Source: a virus. Taken from it: a DNA stretch of 64,000 bases. The stretch is from positions 11,023-75,022 of the IMG/VR virus record IMGVR_UViG_3300010397_000004; one strand, written 5' to 3'. The position numbers were made by a program, and so were the translations under genes. The notes below the pieces were generated by a model that saw only the letters and a program-made list of their open reading frames with translations, was not told where the DNA came from and did not search any database. Of the stretch, positions 36,639 through 46,372 are shown piece by piece. Every line of letters starts with the position of its first letter. The first letter of the stretch is position 1.

Positions 36639-37310
36639 ATGACAACAACCGACACCCAAAACGACGATGACAACGGCGGCCCGAAGAAGTGCGGGGCCCC
36701 CCGCCGACAGGCCGACGCCCCGTGCACGCGTCCCGCCGGCTGGGGCACGCCGCACCCCGGCATCGGGCGGTGCAAGCTCCACGGCGGGTCGACGCCGAGC
36801 CACGTGCTGCATGCCCAGCGCCAGGTGGCCGAGCAGGCCGCGGCGGCGTACGGCGCGGCCCGGGACGTGAACCCGGTACAGGCGATGGTCGAGCTGCTGC
36901 ACGACACGGCCGGCCACGTGGCCTGGCTGCGCGACATCATCCAGACCGAGCAGCCGGACGCGCTGATCTGGGGCGTGGCCGACGAGATCAACAAGGGCAG
37001 CGGCGAGTTCCCCGGCGTCGACATCCGGAAGGCCGCAGCCCCCTCCGTCTGGCTGCAGCGTTACGACGTAGAGAGGCGCCTGCTGCTCGACGTGTCCCGC
37101 GACCTGGCCAGGCTGGGCATCGAGTGGGACGCGCGGGAGGCGATCCGCAAGGAGGGCGCGGTTCTGGCCCGGGTGGCGCGGGAGATGGCGCGGCGGCTGG
37201 GTCACGACCCGGCGGATGAGCGGGTGGCGGCGGCGTACCGGGGGGCGTTGCGGGACGTGCTGGGGGCCGGGGTGGACGTGGACCGGGTGGTTGAGGGGCG
37301 GTTGGCGTGA
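36639..37310 (+). CDS. HGGxSTG-domain protein, probable terminase small subunit
   Basis: 'KCGA.RRQ...CTRPAGWGT.HPGIGRCKLHGGSTP' followed by a helical region. Confidence 0.6.
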   Translation: MTTTDTQNDDDNGGPKKCGAPRRQADAPCTRPAGWGTPHPGIGRCKLHGGSTPSHVLHAQRQVAEQAAAAYGAARDVNPVQAMVELLHDTAGHVAWLRDIIQTEQPDALIWGVADEINKGSGEFPGVDIRKAAAPSVWLQRYDVERRLLLDVSRDLARLGIEWDAREAIRKEGAVLARVAREMARRLGHDPADERVAAAYRGALRDVLGAGVDVDRVVEGRLA

Positions 37311-37380
37311 GGCAAATGTGGATCTCCGCGCTACACCATAAGCGGAATTATGGGCGACCGCGTAGTACTACTATGGTGCG

Positions 37381-37845
37381 ATGGTGGTCTGCAAAACGTG
37401 CGGCGTGGACAAGTCCCCAGACGATTTCTACCGGCAGGCCCGCGGCGTCAAGGGGCTGCGCCCTGACTGCAAGTCCTGCCACAGCACCAAGCGGCGCGCC
37501 GACTACGCCGCGGGCAGGGGCAGCCGCGGCCGGGACGCCTCGTACGAGCAGCTGCTCAAGCGCGAGTACGGGATCACCCTGGCCGACTACAACGCGATGC
37601 TGCGCCGCCAGGCCCACCGGTGCGCGATCTGCCGCCGCCCGGAGACGGTCAGGATCAAGCGCACGGGCGAGCTCAAGCGGCTCGCCGTCGATCACGACCA
37701 CGTCACCGGGGCGGTCCGGGGTCTGCTCTGCCACCGGTGCAACGTCCTGGTCTGGGCGCTGGAGGACAACCACACGACCCTGGCCGCCATTGGCGCGTAC
37801 ATCGAGGAGTTCCGGGAGACCTTCGCCAATGGTGCCCCGGTGTAG
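37381..37845 (+). CDS. Endonuclease VII-family (HNH-like) protein
   Basis: 'YGITLADYNAML..Q..RCAIC', 'LAVDHDH.TGAVRGLLCHRCN'; TACTAT-N6-ATG leaderless start. Confidence 0.9.
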   Translation: MVVCKTCGVDKSPDDFYRQARGVKGLRPDCKSCHSTKRRADYAAGRGSRGRDASYEQLLKREYGITLADYNAMLRRQAHRCAICRRPETVRIKRTGELKRLAVDHDHVTGAVRGLLCHRCNVLVWALEDNHTTLAAIGAYIEEFRETFANGAPV

Positions 37846-37866
37846 CTCGGCCCCGGTGGGTGCCCG

Positions 37867-38214
37867 GTGAGCGCGTGCCGCCCGGATTGCCGGGTTCCGT
37901 CGCCGTCGCAGGCGCATTGCGGGGCGTGCCATCACACGTTCGGGTCGGTGTCGGCGTTCACCGTGCACCGGCGGGGCGGGGTGTGCCGGCCGCCGGCGGA
38001 GCTCGGCCTGGCCGAGGTGGCCGGGCTGTGGTGTTCGCCGGAGGGCCATGCGAAGCGGGCTGCGGGTGGTGCCAGGTTGGCGCAGGTTCGTGCGTCCCGC
38101 GTTTCGGGTGTGTGCGCAGACGGGCCGGGGGACCTGGGTGCTCCCTCTGTCCCTTCAAAGATCAACAACTCGGATCTTGCCCACAGGGAGGGGTCGACCG
38201 ATGTCGCAGCCTGA
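37867..38214 (+). CDS. FDXHR-like zinc-binding protein
   Basis: 'AHCGACHHTFGSVSAFTVHR..GVC..PAELGL'. Confidence 0.65.
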   Translation: MSACRPDCRVPSPSQAHCGACHHTFGSVSAFTVHRRGGVCRPPAELGLAEVAGLWCSPEGHAKRAAGGARLAQVRASRVSGVCADGPGDLGAPSVPSKINNSDLAHREGSTDVAA

Positions 38215-38623
38215 GCAGACCACCACGAAGGAGGCCCGGCCGTCGGTCGCCGAGCTCGTGCGGGAGATGGTTCCCGAGCACGCCCACCGCACCGGCGGCC
38301 CGTTTCGATCCACCTGGAAGTGGTCGACGCCGGCCGGGTGGTGGGAGCTGGAGATGTCGATGCCGTTCGTGTCCGCCGGGTACCTGGCCCTGCGCGGCTC
38401 ATGCACCGCGGCGCTGCCGTACAGCTTCGCCGGGCTGGCCGCGGCGCGGGCCCTGCTGGTGGCGCTGGGCGGGCTGCCGCCTAAGCCGCCGGCGGCCGAG
38501 CGGCCGGGGTGGTGGGGCGAGGGGTGCCGGTGCACGGTCACGCCCGAGGTCGTCCAGGGCACCGGCGCCCGGGTGGTCCGGCTGAACGGGTGCCCGCTGC
38601 ACTCGGCGGTAGGTGAGCCCTGA
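38201..38623 (+). CDS. Hypothetical protein
   Basis: GGAGG RBS. Confidence 0.55.
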   Translation: MSQPEQTTTKEARPSVAELVREMVPEHAHRTGGPFRSTWKWSTPAGWWELEMSMPFVSAGYLALRGSCTAALPYSFAGLAAARALLVALGGLPPKPPAAERPGWWGEGCRCTVTPEVVQGTGARVVRLNGCPLHSAVGEP

Positions 38624-38868
38624 TGGCCGCGGACGCGACCATCCGGTTCGAGGGGCCCAGCCTGGCGACCCTGCCGTTCCAGCTGGACGTGCGGGTGGCC
38701 ATGGTCCTGCCACCGATGCGGTACATGACCGGCGACGGGGTGGAGGTGGGCCTGTCGCCGGCGGGTCCGCCGACCCCGGAGCTGGCACCGCTGCTCGAGG
38801 TGCAGGGCGACCGGGTGACGGTGGCCGCGGCGCTGCGGGCGCTGGCCGCCCAGCTGGATCCGGGGTGA
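38623..38868 (+). CDS. Hypothetical protein
   Basis: TGATG coupling. Confidence 0.55.
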   Translation: MAADATIRFEGPSLATLPFQLDVRVAMVLPPMRYMTGDGVEVGLSPAGPPTPELAPLLEVQGDRVTVAAALRALAAQLDPG

Positions 38869-39104
38869 GGACCACGGTGGCTGAGGTGACCGCGACGCGG
38901 GTGTGTCAGGCGTGCCGGACTGGGCTGCCGTGGCGGTCTGTGCATGAGATGCGCGTGCCGCCGGTGGGGTTGGTGTACGCGTGCCTGGATGTGGTGGCGT
39001 GCCGGCGGCGGGCGGAGGCGTTGGGGATTTGGGGGTGGGTGGGTCCGTTGCCGGCGGGTCTGCCGGAGGCGTCCATTGTGGAGAGTGGGAGGCGTAGGAA
39101 GTGA
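38865..39104 (+). CDS. Small Cys-containing hypothetical protein
   Basis: GTGA coupling; 'CQAC...ACLDVVAC'. Confidence 0.5.
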   Translation: MRTTVAEVTATRVCQACRTGLPWRSVHEMRVPPVGLVYACLDVVACRRRAEALGIWGWVGPLPAGLPEASIVESGRRRK

Positions 39105-39949
39105 GCCCTGTCGACGGTTCGGTGTCGTTCGCGGAGTGGGTGCCGCGGGCGGAGTACGACGCGGCGTGCGTCACGTTGGCGCAGATGCACGCGGCGGCGG
39201 TGGGTGAGGTGCGTGGCCCGATCCGGGGTGTGGTTGAGGATGTGGCCGATGTGCGGGCCCAGCGGGACGCGGCGCTGTTGGTGGTGGCCGGGGTGCGGGC
39301 GGCGTTGCGCCGGTTCGATGGGCCGCCGGCGGCGGAGCCGGTGTTGCCGGGTGAGCGGGCGGTGGTGGAGGCGGCGGTGGCGTGGCGGGCGATGGTCGCG
39401 GCTACTGGGGAGTGGGGGATCCGGATCGAGGGCGGCGCGCTGGCCGATGCGGTGGACGCGCTGCTTCCTGGTGAGGAGACGTTCGGGCGGAGCGACGTCA
39501 CGTGTGGGACGTGCGGGGGTGAGGGCGTGGTGGCGTGCGCGGCTCACGTGGCTGGGTGTGTCGACATGGAGCGTGCCTGTCCGGACTGCCGGTTGGCTCC
39601 GGCTACCCGTGAGCCTGGTGGGGTCGACGGCTCGACCCGGTTGGATCCGGTGATCGAGGAGGCGGCGCAGGCGGCCCGGTTGGCTGGGTTCGAGCAGCGT
39701 GGTGATGGGCCGCCGCGGGCGCGTTGGGATCAGCTGCATCCGACGGAGCGTGCCTGGTATCGGGCGATGGTTCGGGCTGCGGTGCCGGTCATTGAGCGGG
39801 CGGCGTTCCGCGCTGCGGCCGAGTTGCCGTTGCCGCATGGTGGTGGGTTCGTCGACGAGTCGCAGCGGCGGTCGGAAGAGAACGGCGCCAACCGGCTACG
39901 GCAGGCAATCCGCGATCGGGCTGGTCGGGGTGGTGGAGATCATGCCTGA
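39101..39949 (+). CDS. Hypothetical protein with CxxC motifs
   Basis: GGAGG upstream; 'CGTCGGEG...CPDC'. Confidence 0.6.
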   Translation: MSPVDGSVSFAEWVPRAEYDAACVTLAQMHAAAVGEVRGPIRGVVEDVADVRAQRDAALLVVAGVRAALRRFDGPPAAEPVLPGERAVVEAAVAWRAMVAATGEWGIRIEGGALADAVDALLPGEETFGRSDVTCGTCGGEGVVACAAHVAGCVDMERACPDCRLAPATREPGGVDGSTRLDPVIEEAAQAARLAGFEQRGDGPPRARWDQLHPTERAWYRAMVRAAVPVIERAAFRAAAELPLPHGGGFVDESQRRSEENGANRLRQAIRDRAGRGGGDHA

Positions 39950-40181
39950 TCTCTTCGTGGCCGAGCCTCCGCACGTGTGTCAAACGCCGATCCGGGGCCA
40001 GCGCAACTGGCTGCACAACGTGGCCGCTCGCCAGGCCGGCAGCGTCTGGAAGTGCGACATCTGTGGCCGGATCTGGGAGTGCTACCTCGGACTGTTGGGT
40101 CTCTACTGGTGGGACCCGAGCGAGGCCACGGTCGCACGGTTCGCCACCGATCGGGCTACTCGCACGGGCGGTGGGTCGTGA
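39942..40181 (+). CDS. Small hypothetical protein
   Basis: GGAG RBS; 'HVC...GSVWKCDICGRIW'. Confidence 0.6.
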   Translation: MPDLFVAEPPHVCQTPIRGQRNWLHNVAARQAGSVWKCDICGRIWECYLGLLGLYWWDPSEATVARFATDRATRTGGGS

Positions 40182-40408
40182 GCCGCCGCGGGCTGTGCCG
40201 GCACTGTGGCAAGCCGGATGCGCCCGTGTCTGAGAACGGCTTCATCGACCGCCATTACCGGGCCGACCACGAGCTCGGGACGCGGCCGAGTGGGGAACTC
40301 TGTGCGGGCAGCGCGATGGGTGGCGGGCATCTTCGTCCGGGCGAGGCGTGCGTGCACTCGGTGCCGAACCCGGACTGTCGGGCTGCTCAGGTTGGTGGTG
40401 GGGGGTGA
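40178..40408 (+). CDS. Small Cys/His-rich protein
   Basis: GTGA coupling; 'CRHCGK...RH...CAGS'. Confidence 0.55.
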   Translation: MSRRGLCRHCGKPDAPVSENGFIDRHYRADHELGTRPSGELCAGSAMGGGHLRPGEACVHSVPNPDCRAAQVGGGG

Positions 40409-40599
40409 GCACCGACGCGGCCACCGCGTTCAAGCGGCTCGGGTTGGCGTTCCGGATCGCCGACCTGAATATCGCTCTGGGCTTGGCTGATCGGGTGCCT
40501 GGGCATTACTCGCCGGAGGCTGTTGAGCGGGCCCGAGTTCGGCGGGCGGAGCTTGAGGCCGACTTCGAGCGGTTGGGGGTGCCCGATGATGCTGCATGA
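40405..40599 (+). CDS. Small hypothetical protein
   Basis: GTGA coupling. Confidence 0.5.
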   Translation: MSTDAATAFKRLGLAFRIADLNIALGLADRVPGHYSPEAVERARVRRAELEADFERLGVPDDAA

Positions 40600-41032
40600 C
40601 CGGATCCGGGCCGTGGTCGAGGAGCGGCTACGGATCGCGCGGGCCGCCAACCCATCGCCGTGGCGACGGTTTGTGGGTCGGACCGGGCTGAACCATCTCG
40701 ACCCGAACACGATCTTCGGCGACGGCGAGCCGCGCGGCTTCGACAGGCTCCGCAACGTGTGCAACCTCGACTATTCGTGGGAGCGCGACGCGAATGCCGA
40801 GCACATCATGGCCAACGATCCGGCCGACGCCATCCTGGCGGCTGAGCACGCGTTGGGGATCCTGGCGCGGCACGAGGCGGTGCTGGACGAACTGGACCGC
40901 CTGGTCTGCGGCGGGTGCCAGGAGTTGTGCCACTCCCGTTCGGGGCTGTCGTGCGACTCGCCCGACGCGCCCTGGCCATGCGCCGAGGTTCGTGCGCTGG
41001 CGACCCGGTTCGGCGTGGAGGTGTCGGGGTGA
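40586..41032 (+). CDS. DUF6221-like protein
   Basis: 'AEHIMANDPA', 'ILARH', 'WPCAEVRALA'. Confidence 0.65.
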   Translation: MMLHDRIRAVVEERLRIARAANPSPWRRFVGRTGLNHLDPNTIFGDGEPRGFDRLRNVCNLDYSWERDANAEHIMANDPADAILAAEHALGILARHEAVLDELDRLVCGGCQELCHSRSGLSCDSPDAPWPCAEVRALATRFGVEVSG

Positions 41033-42150
41033 CCGGGCGTGCGACTCCGGGTGGTGCGTCGACGCCGGATGCGTTGGCGTTGATTGATGCCACTGTGGAC
41101 GGCCGGTGTGCGTGTGGGTGTGGGGCGGCGTTGCGGCCGGATGGGCCGTCGGGGTGGTTCGCGTCGGAGGAGTGTCAGCGGCGTTTCCAGTCGCCGGCGG
41201 TGGACGTGACCGGGTCGGCGGGGGATGAGTTGGCGCGGTTGTTGGCGGATCAGCCGGCGTGGTTGGTGCGGGTGCTGGCGTCGTTGGAGGCGGGGCGGGC
41301 GGCTGCTGGTCTGGTGTTGGTGTGGGATCAGACGCCGGAGCCGGCGGGTGAGGCGGTGACGTCGGATTCGCGGCCGCCGTTCGAGTTGGGGGGCGATCCG
41401 CTGCCGGAGGACGTGAGGCGGGAGTTGGTGGCGTTCCGCCGGCACTGTGCGCGGTGCGGGCGGCGTGAGGTGCCGCAGTTGTTGGTTCGGCCGCGGTTGG
41501 CGCAGCTGTCGTTCGAGATCGCCGAGCCGACTGCGGTGGTGCCGGTGGACGATGTGATGTTCCACGGTTGTGGTTCCTGTGGCCGGCCGTTGGTGGGGTT
41601 GGCGCTGTGGGCGACGGCTGATTACTCGTCGGGGGCGGGTGTGGTAGTGCTGGCGTTGCGGACCCGGGTCGGGGGGAACCTGTACTCGGTGCGGGTCTGG
41701 CAGGACGTGGACGAGCTCCGGTTCTTCCGAAGCACGGAGTTGGCCGACCATCGGTGGCGGGATTGCGAGCGCGCGTTGATGGAGTACCGGCTGCCGGTGT
41801 GCGTGATGGCTGGCTGCGGCGAGAAGGCCCGGGAGCGGTTTGTGGTGGCCCGCCGCCCGGATCCGGATCCGTTGCTGCCGTGGAGTTTGTGCGGGCGGTC
41901 GTGGGATCCGGGTGAGGTGATCCGGTTGTGCCCGGGCCACGCGTCGATGTTGGTGCGGGGTGAGGATCCGGCCCGGCCGGGGGTGTTGCGGGATGAGCTG
42001 GTGCACGGGCTGAGGTTCCAGACGGCTGAGGCGTCCGAGCTGGCGGCGGCCGCGCGGCGGGAGCTGGTCGCTGAGCGGGTGCGGCAGTGGGCGGCTTTGG
42101 ACATCACACCGGACCAGGTTTGTCGCAGGCTGTTTGGTAGTGGTGCCTGA
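41029..42150 (+). CDS. Cys-rich hypothetical protein
   Basis: 'LIDATVDGRCACGCG..L..DGPSGWFASEECQ'; several CxxC motifs. Confidence 0.6.
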   Translation: MTGRATPGGASTPDALALIDATVDGRCACGCGAALRPDGPSGWFASEECQRRFQSPAVDVTGSAGDELARLLADQPAWLVRVLASLEAGRAAAGLVLVWDQTPEPAGEAVTSDSRPPFELGGDPLPEDVRRELVAFRRHCARCGRREVPQLLVRPRLAQLSFEIAEPTAVVPVDDVMFHGCGSCGRPLVGLALWATADYSSGAGVVVLALRTRVGGNLYSVRVWQDVDELRFFRSTELADHRWRDCERALMEYRLPVCVMAGCGEKARERFVVARRPDPDPLLPWSLCGRSWDPGEVIRLCPGHASMLVRGEDPARPGVLRDELVHGLRFQTAEASELAAAARRELVAERVRQWAALDITPDQVCRRLFGSGA

Positions 42151-43058
42151 TGCCTCGGCCGCAACAGGCGTTGTTGTGCGCGTCGCCGGCGTGCCCTCCG
42201 CACCGGGGGAAGCACACGGCGGAGTGTTTGGCCACAGATGACAAGTGCCCGGGCTGCTTGCCGCGTCTGGCCGGCGATGGGGTGCGGTTGTGTCCATTGT
42301 GTACTCGCCTGATCGGTGAGGACGCCCGGACCCTGGCGGCGCGGGACCGGGACCTGGAGGTGGTGCTCGCCGGCGGTGGCGGGGTGGGTGGGGAGCATGT
42401 CTCGCACGGTGGCCGGGATCCCAATGTGAAGCTGAACCCGGCGGCAGTGGCGGCCCGGTCGGCGGTGCGCCGCCAGCTGGTGGCGTTGGTGCGGTTGATC
42501 TGTGAGGAGCGGGGTGTGCACTTGCCGACGTTCACGGCGGTGCCGGCCCGGCCGGAGGGGTTCGTGGGGCCGTTGCCGTTGCGCCGGTTCGTGGACGCCC
42601 GACTGGGCACCCTGGCCGGGTTCGTGGGGAAGCATGCCCTGTGGTTGGCGGCGCATCCGGGGGCGGGTGAGCACGCCCAGGTGCTGAGGTCTTTGGTGCG
42701 GTCGACGTGGGGTGTGGCTTTTCCGGCGGGTGTGCGGTTGTTTCCGGTGCGGGTGCCGGGTGGTTCCGGGGTGGCGGTGTGTCCGGGGTCGGTGCGGGTG
42801 CGGGTGGCTTTCGCGGTGACCCGGCGCGGTCTGGTGTCCGAGGTGTTTGGGTTGGCGCCGTGTGAGGGGTTGTTGTGGACTGTGATCCGGCCGGGTGATG
42901 ACCGGTTGCCGGCGGCGGTGTTGTGTAACCAGCGGGATGAGCATGTGTGGCCGTCGTCGTCGTGGTTGCGCCGGTTGGCGCCGTTGTTGTTGGCGCAGGC
43001 CCGGCGGGTGCAGGTAGCCGCCGCCGCGGGCGAGGCTGCGACGGGGGTGGCGGCGTGA
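42150..43058 (+). CDS. Cys-rich hypothetical protein (possible late regulator by position)
   Basis: N- and C-terminal Cys/His clusters; TGATG coupling. Confidence 0.6.
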   Translation: MPRPQQALLCASPACPPHRGKHTAECLATDDKCPGCLPRLAGDGVRLCPLCTRLIGEDARTLAARDRDLEVVLAGGGGVGGEHVSHGGRDPNVKLNPAAVAARSAVRRQLVALVRLICEERGVHLPTFTAVPARPEGFVGPLPLRRFVDARLGTLAGFVGKHALWLAAHPGAGEHAQVLRSLVRSTWGVAFPAGVRLFPVRVPGGSGVAVCPGSVRVRVAFAVTRRGLVSEVFGLAPCEGLLWTVIRPGDDRLPAAVLCNQRDEHVWPSSSWLRRLAPLLLAQARRVQVAAAAGEAATGVAA

Positions 43059-43258
43059 GCTCGGGCCGGGGTTCCCGCCGGGCCCGGGTGGCGGCCGCGG
43101 TGTGGCGGGCGTACGACCGCCGACCGTTGTGCTGGTTCGTGGACATATTCGAAGGGGCCCGGGTGGCGTTCGAGCGGTGGCCGCTGGTGTGCCTTCTCGT
43201 CGCGCAGCTGGTTGTCCTCGTGGCGCTCGTGGCGGGGTCGCACGGGTGGTGGCTGTGA
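43055..43258 (+). CDS. Small membrane protein
   Basis: C-terminal TM; GTGA coupling at both ends. Confidence 0.55.
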   Translation: MSSGRGSRRARVAAAVWRAYDRRPLCWFVDIFEGARVAFERWPLVCLLVAQLVVLVALVAGSHGWWL

Positions 43259-44244
43259 GGGTGATGCAGTGGCAGGCCACCGCGGGCGGGTCGATGACGT
43301 ACCGGTTGGATTGGCCGGGCCGGGTGTTGACCCGCCTGGGTCACACGGTGCGCCGGTGTGAGCGGGCCATCCATTCGTGGGTGGCGGACTCGGATGTTGT
43401 GGTGGGCCAGTTCGTGGCGAACGAGGCCCCGTCGTTGCGGTGGCAGGAGTGGGCGGCCGAGGGCCGGACCCTGGTGTACGACGTTGACGACGACCTGTCG
43501 TGTGTGGACCCGGAGTCGGTGAAGGCGTACGCGTACTACTCGGATCCGGTGGTGCAGGCCCGGATCGGGGCGAACATGGCCGTGGCGACGAGGGTGACGG
43601 CGGCGACGGACGGGATCGCGGCGTGGGCGGCCCGGTGGGCCCGGGATGTGGTGGTGGTGCCGAACGGGCTGCCCGCGCAGTTGCTGTGCGCCCCGGATCG
43701 GCCGGCCCGGGCCGATGGGCGGGTGGTGGTGGGGTGGGCGGGGTCGATGCAGACGTTGCCCGAGTTGCGGCTGGTGGCCCGGGCGTTGCAGCGTCTGCTC
43801 GAGTCGACACCGGGGGTGGTGGTTCACACCGTGGGGGTGCCGGCCGACGCGGTCGCGTCGACGGGGCTGACCCACCCGGGCGTCCAGGTGACGCCGTGGG
43901 TGGCCGGCACCGACACCTACCTAACGGTGATCGACTTCGATGTGTGGGTGGCGCCGTACCGGGACATCGCGTTCAACCGGGCGAAGGTGCCGACGAAGGC
44001 CCTGGAGGCGATGTTCCTGGGTATCCCGATCGTGGCGTCTCCGGTCGGGCAGTACGCGACGGTGGTGCGGCACGGGGTCACCGGGTTGCTGGTCCGCGCC
44101 GACCACGAGTGGGGCCGCCACATCCGCGGCCTGGTCCTGGATCCGGCCCGCCGGGCGGCGATGGGTGACGCGGCGAGGTCGGCGGCCGCGGCCCATGTGG
44201 TGGAAGGTTTGGGCCCGTTGTGGGAGAAAGCGCTCACCCCCTGA
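43255..44244 (+). CDS. GT-B (GT4-like) glycosyltransferase
   Basis: 'VYDVDDDL', 'VVVPNGL', 'VGWAGS', 'KALEAMFLGIPIVASPV', 'HGVTGLLV'. Confidence 0.88.
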   Translation: MRVMQWQATAGGSMTYRLDWPGRVLTRLGHTVRRCERAIHSWVADSDVVVGQFVANEAPSLRWQEWAAEGRTLVYDVDDDLSCVDPESVKAYAYYSDPVVQARIGANMAVATRVTAATDGIAAWAARWARDVVVVPNGLPAQLLCAPDRPARADGRVVVGWAGSMQTLPELRLVARALQRLLESTPGVVVHTVGVPADAVASTGLTHPGVQVTPWVAGTDTYLTVIDFDVWVAPYRDIAFNRAKVPTKALEAMFLGIPIVASPVGQYATVVRHGVTGLLVRADHEWGRHIRGLVLDPARRAAMGDAARSAAAAHVVEGLGPLWEKALTP

Positions 44245-44277
44245 ACGTGTGTGTCCACATAGGAGAGAGGCATCGGA

Positions 44278-45168
44278 ATGATTGACGGCAAGCGGGTGGT
44301 GGCGTGGACACCGTTCGGGCGGGAACGGTCGGTGAGCATTTTGACCGAGTACCTGCGCCGCGACCACGAACGCGGCATCGTCGACGAGCACTGGTTGTTC
44401 ATGAACACCGACGTGGCCGGGCAGGAGTCCGACATCGCGTACGCGTATGGGTTGGCGGCCCGGCACCCCGGGTGGGTGCGGATCGTGGAACGGCCGCCGG
44501 GGGAGCCGTACCGCACGCCGAAGCAGCGCAACACCGGCCTGGCGTACCGGTACATGACCGACCCTGACACGGTGTACGTGCGCCTGGACGACGACATCAT
44601 CTACGTGCACGAGGACGCGATCGGGCGGCTGGCCAAGGCGAAGCTGGAGATGCGGCCCACGTTGTGCTGCCACGCGATGATGTGGAACAACGCGATCACG
44701 TCGTGGTACCTGCAGCAGGCCGGGGTGATCCCGTTCGAGTTCGACACCGGCGGGTCGGCGCCGCTGCGGATGGAGGTGGGGTCGCCGTTCTGCATGGACC
44801 CGGTCGGGTGGGCGTCGGGTGACTTCGCGGTGGCGATCCACGAACTGCTGCTCGGCTGGCTGGACGCCGGCGAACCGCAGCGGGCGTTCCTGTACCAGGA
44901 CATGCCGTTGCAGCTGGGGCAGCAGTTCTCCGTGTCGGCGTTCGCTTCGCTCGGTGCGGACTACGCGGCGCTGCCGCGGCCGGGTGTGCTGGAGCCGGAC
45001 GAGGAGGAGCACTGGCACACGGTGCACCAGCCGCGGGTGATCGGGGCGCCGAACATCATCGTGGGGAACGCCCTGGTGTCGCACTACACGTTCGGGCCGC
45101 AGCAGCGGGCGGTGTTGGCCACCGACATCCTGGACCGGTACCGGGCCCTGGCCGGGAAGCTCACGTGA
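44278..45168 (+). CDS. GT-A-fold glycosyltransferase-like protein
   Basis: 'WTPFGRER..SIL', 'YVRLDDDIIY' DxD-type motif, 'VSHYTFGPQ'. Confidence 0.7.
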   Translation: MIDGKRVVAWTPFGRERSVSILTEYLRRDHERGIVDEHWLFMNTDVAGQESDIAYAYGLAARHPGWVRIVERPPGEPYRTPKQRNTGLAYRYMTDPDTVYVRLDDDIIYVHEDAIGRLAKAKLEMRPTLCCHAMMWNNAITSWYLQQAGVIPFEFDTGGSAPLRMEVGSPFCMDPVGWASGDFAVAIHELLLGWLDAGEPQRAFLYQDMPLQLGQQFSVSAFASLGADYAALPRPGVLEPDEEEHWHTVHQPRVIGAPNIIVGNALVSHYTFGPQQRAVLATDILDRYRALAGKLT

Positions 45169-45887
45169 GCGGGATGAAGGTCGGGGTGGTCATCCCCGCC
45201 CACAACGCCCAACCGTTCATCGAAACGCTGCTGGCCACGGTGAACGCCCAGACGTACCCGTGCGCTGCGTACATTGTGGACGACGCGTCCACCGACGGGC
45301 TGGCCGCGTTCTTGAAGGCGCGGCCGTCGTGGTGGCGGCGGTTCGAACGGTCCGAGCAGCGGCGCGGCTGGCCGGCCGCGCTGAACTTCGCCGCCAACCT
45401 GGCCATCCTCGACGGCTGCGACGCCCTGTTCTACTGCGCCGCCGATGACTTCCTGCGCCTGGACTGCATCGAACGGTGTGTGCGGGCGCTGGCCCGCCAC
45501 GACTGGGTGGTGCCGTACGCCCAGCAGATCGGCGGCGAGAACGTGGTCCAGGCGTCCCGGGCCGGCGCCACCCTGGCCGACTTCGCCCTGTGGCCCCCGG
45601 TCATCGACCACGCCCTCATCCACACCCACGTGTGGCAGGCCGTGCGCGGGTACGCCACCGACGTCACCGTGCCCGGATCGTGGGGTGCCGCGGAGGACTG
45701 GGACTTCTGGATCCGGGTCCTCAAGGCCGGGTACGGCGACTACGGGGTGATCGAGGAGCCGCTGTACTACCACCGGGTCCACCCCGGTCAGCTGTCCCGC
45801 GGCCGGGCCGCCATCCACCAGCAGACGGTGGAACTGCTCGCCGCGAAGCACCCCGACGTGTTCGCCCCCGACCCTGATGAGGAGTAG
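45165..45887 (+). CDS. GT2 glycosyltransferase
   Basis: 'VVIPAHNA', 'IVDDASTD', 'AADD', 'AEDWDFWIR', 'YYHRVH'. Confidence 0.92.
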   Translation: MSGMKVGVVIPAHNAQPFIETLLATVNAQTYPCAAYIVDDASTDGLAAFLKARPSWWRRFERSEQRRGWPAALNFAANLAILDGCDALFYCAADDFLRLDCIERCVRALARHDWVVPYAQQIGGENVVQASRAGATLADFALWPPVIDHALIHTHVWQAVRGYATDVTVPGSWGAAEDWDFWIRVLKAGYGDYGVIEEPLYYHRVHPGQLSRGRAAIHQQTVELLAAKHPDVFAPDPDEE

Positions 45888-45890
45888 CGC

Positions 45891-46148
45891 ATGCCAGGAC
45901 CACAACGACGCCCCCACCAGCAGCAGCAGCGGGCCGGGGTGCCGGTCGTCATCGACCCGGCCGAGGTGATGCAGAACCTGCACGGCCAGTACGCCGACGT
46001 GGTGGCCAACCTGATGCAGGAGAACGCCGAGCTCACCGCGGCGCTGCGCACCACCGCCCAGGAACGCGACGAGTGGAAGGCCAAGGCCGACGCGGCCCGG
46101 GCCGCCGCCGGCGTGGCCCCGATGGCGTTGCCAGGGGGCGGCGGCTGA
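45891..46148 (+). CDS. Small coiled-coil protein
   Basis: GAGGAG RBS; 'LMQENAELTAAL'. Confidence 0.65.
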   Translation: MPGPQRRPHQQQQRAGVPVVIDPAEVMQNLHGQYADVVANLMQENAELTAALRTTAQERDEWKAKADAARAAAGVAPMALPGGGG

Positions 46149-46162
46149 CCGGCCCGGCCCGC

Positions 46163-46372
46163 GTGCCCGTCGACGAGTACGCCAGCGTCCACGACATCGT
46201 CGCGGGCACGGGCCTGTCCGCCCGGGCGGTCCGGCGGCGGGCCCGGGCGGAGGGTTGGCGCACCCGGCCGCTGCGGACCGGGCGCCGCGGCCGCCCCGAA
46301 CTCGGGTACCTGTTCGCGGATGTGCTCGCGTCGTTCGGCGCGTCGGTTGACCCGGCCGACCCGAAGGGGTAA
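46163..46372 (+). CDS. Small HTH-like DNA-binding protein
   Basis: 'SVHDIVAGTGLSARAVRRRARAEGW'. Confidence 0.5.
   Translation: MPVDEYASVHDIVAGTGLSARAVRRRARAEGWRTRPLRTGRRGRPELGYLFADVLASFGASVDPADPKG

Noticed and set aside
38155-43875. Long minus-strand ORFs of 400-570 aa
   Set aside because: Artefacts of the extreme G/T skew; the + strand has a coupled gene chain with start/stop overlaps.
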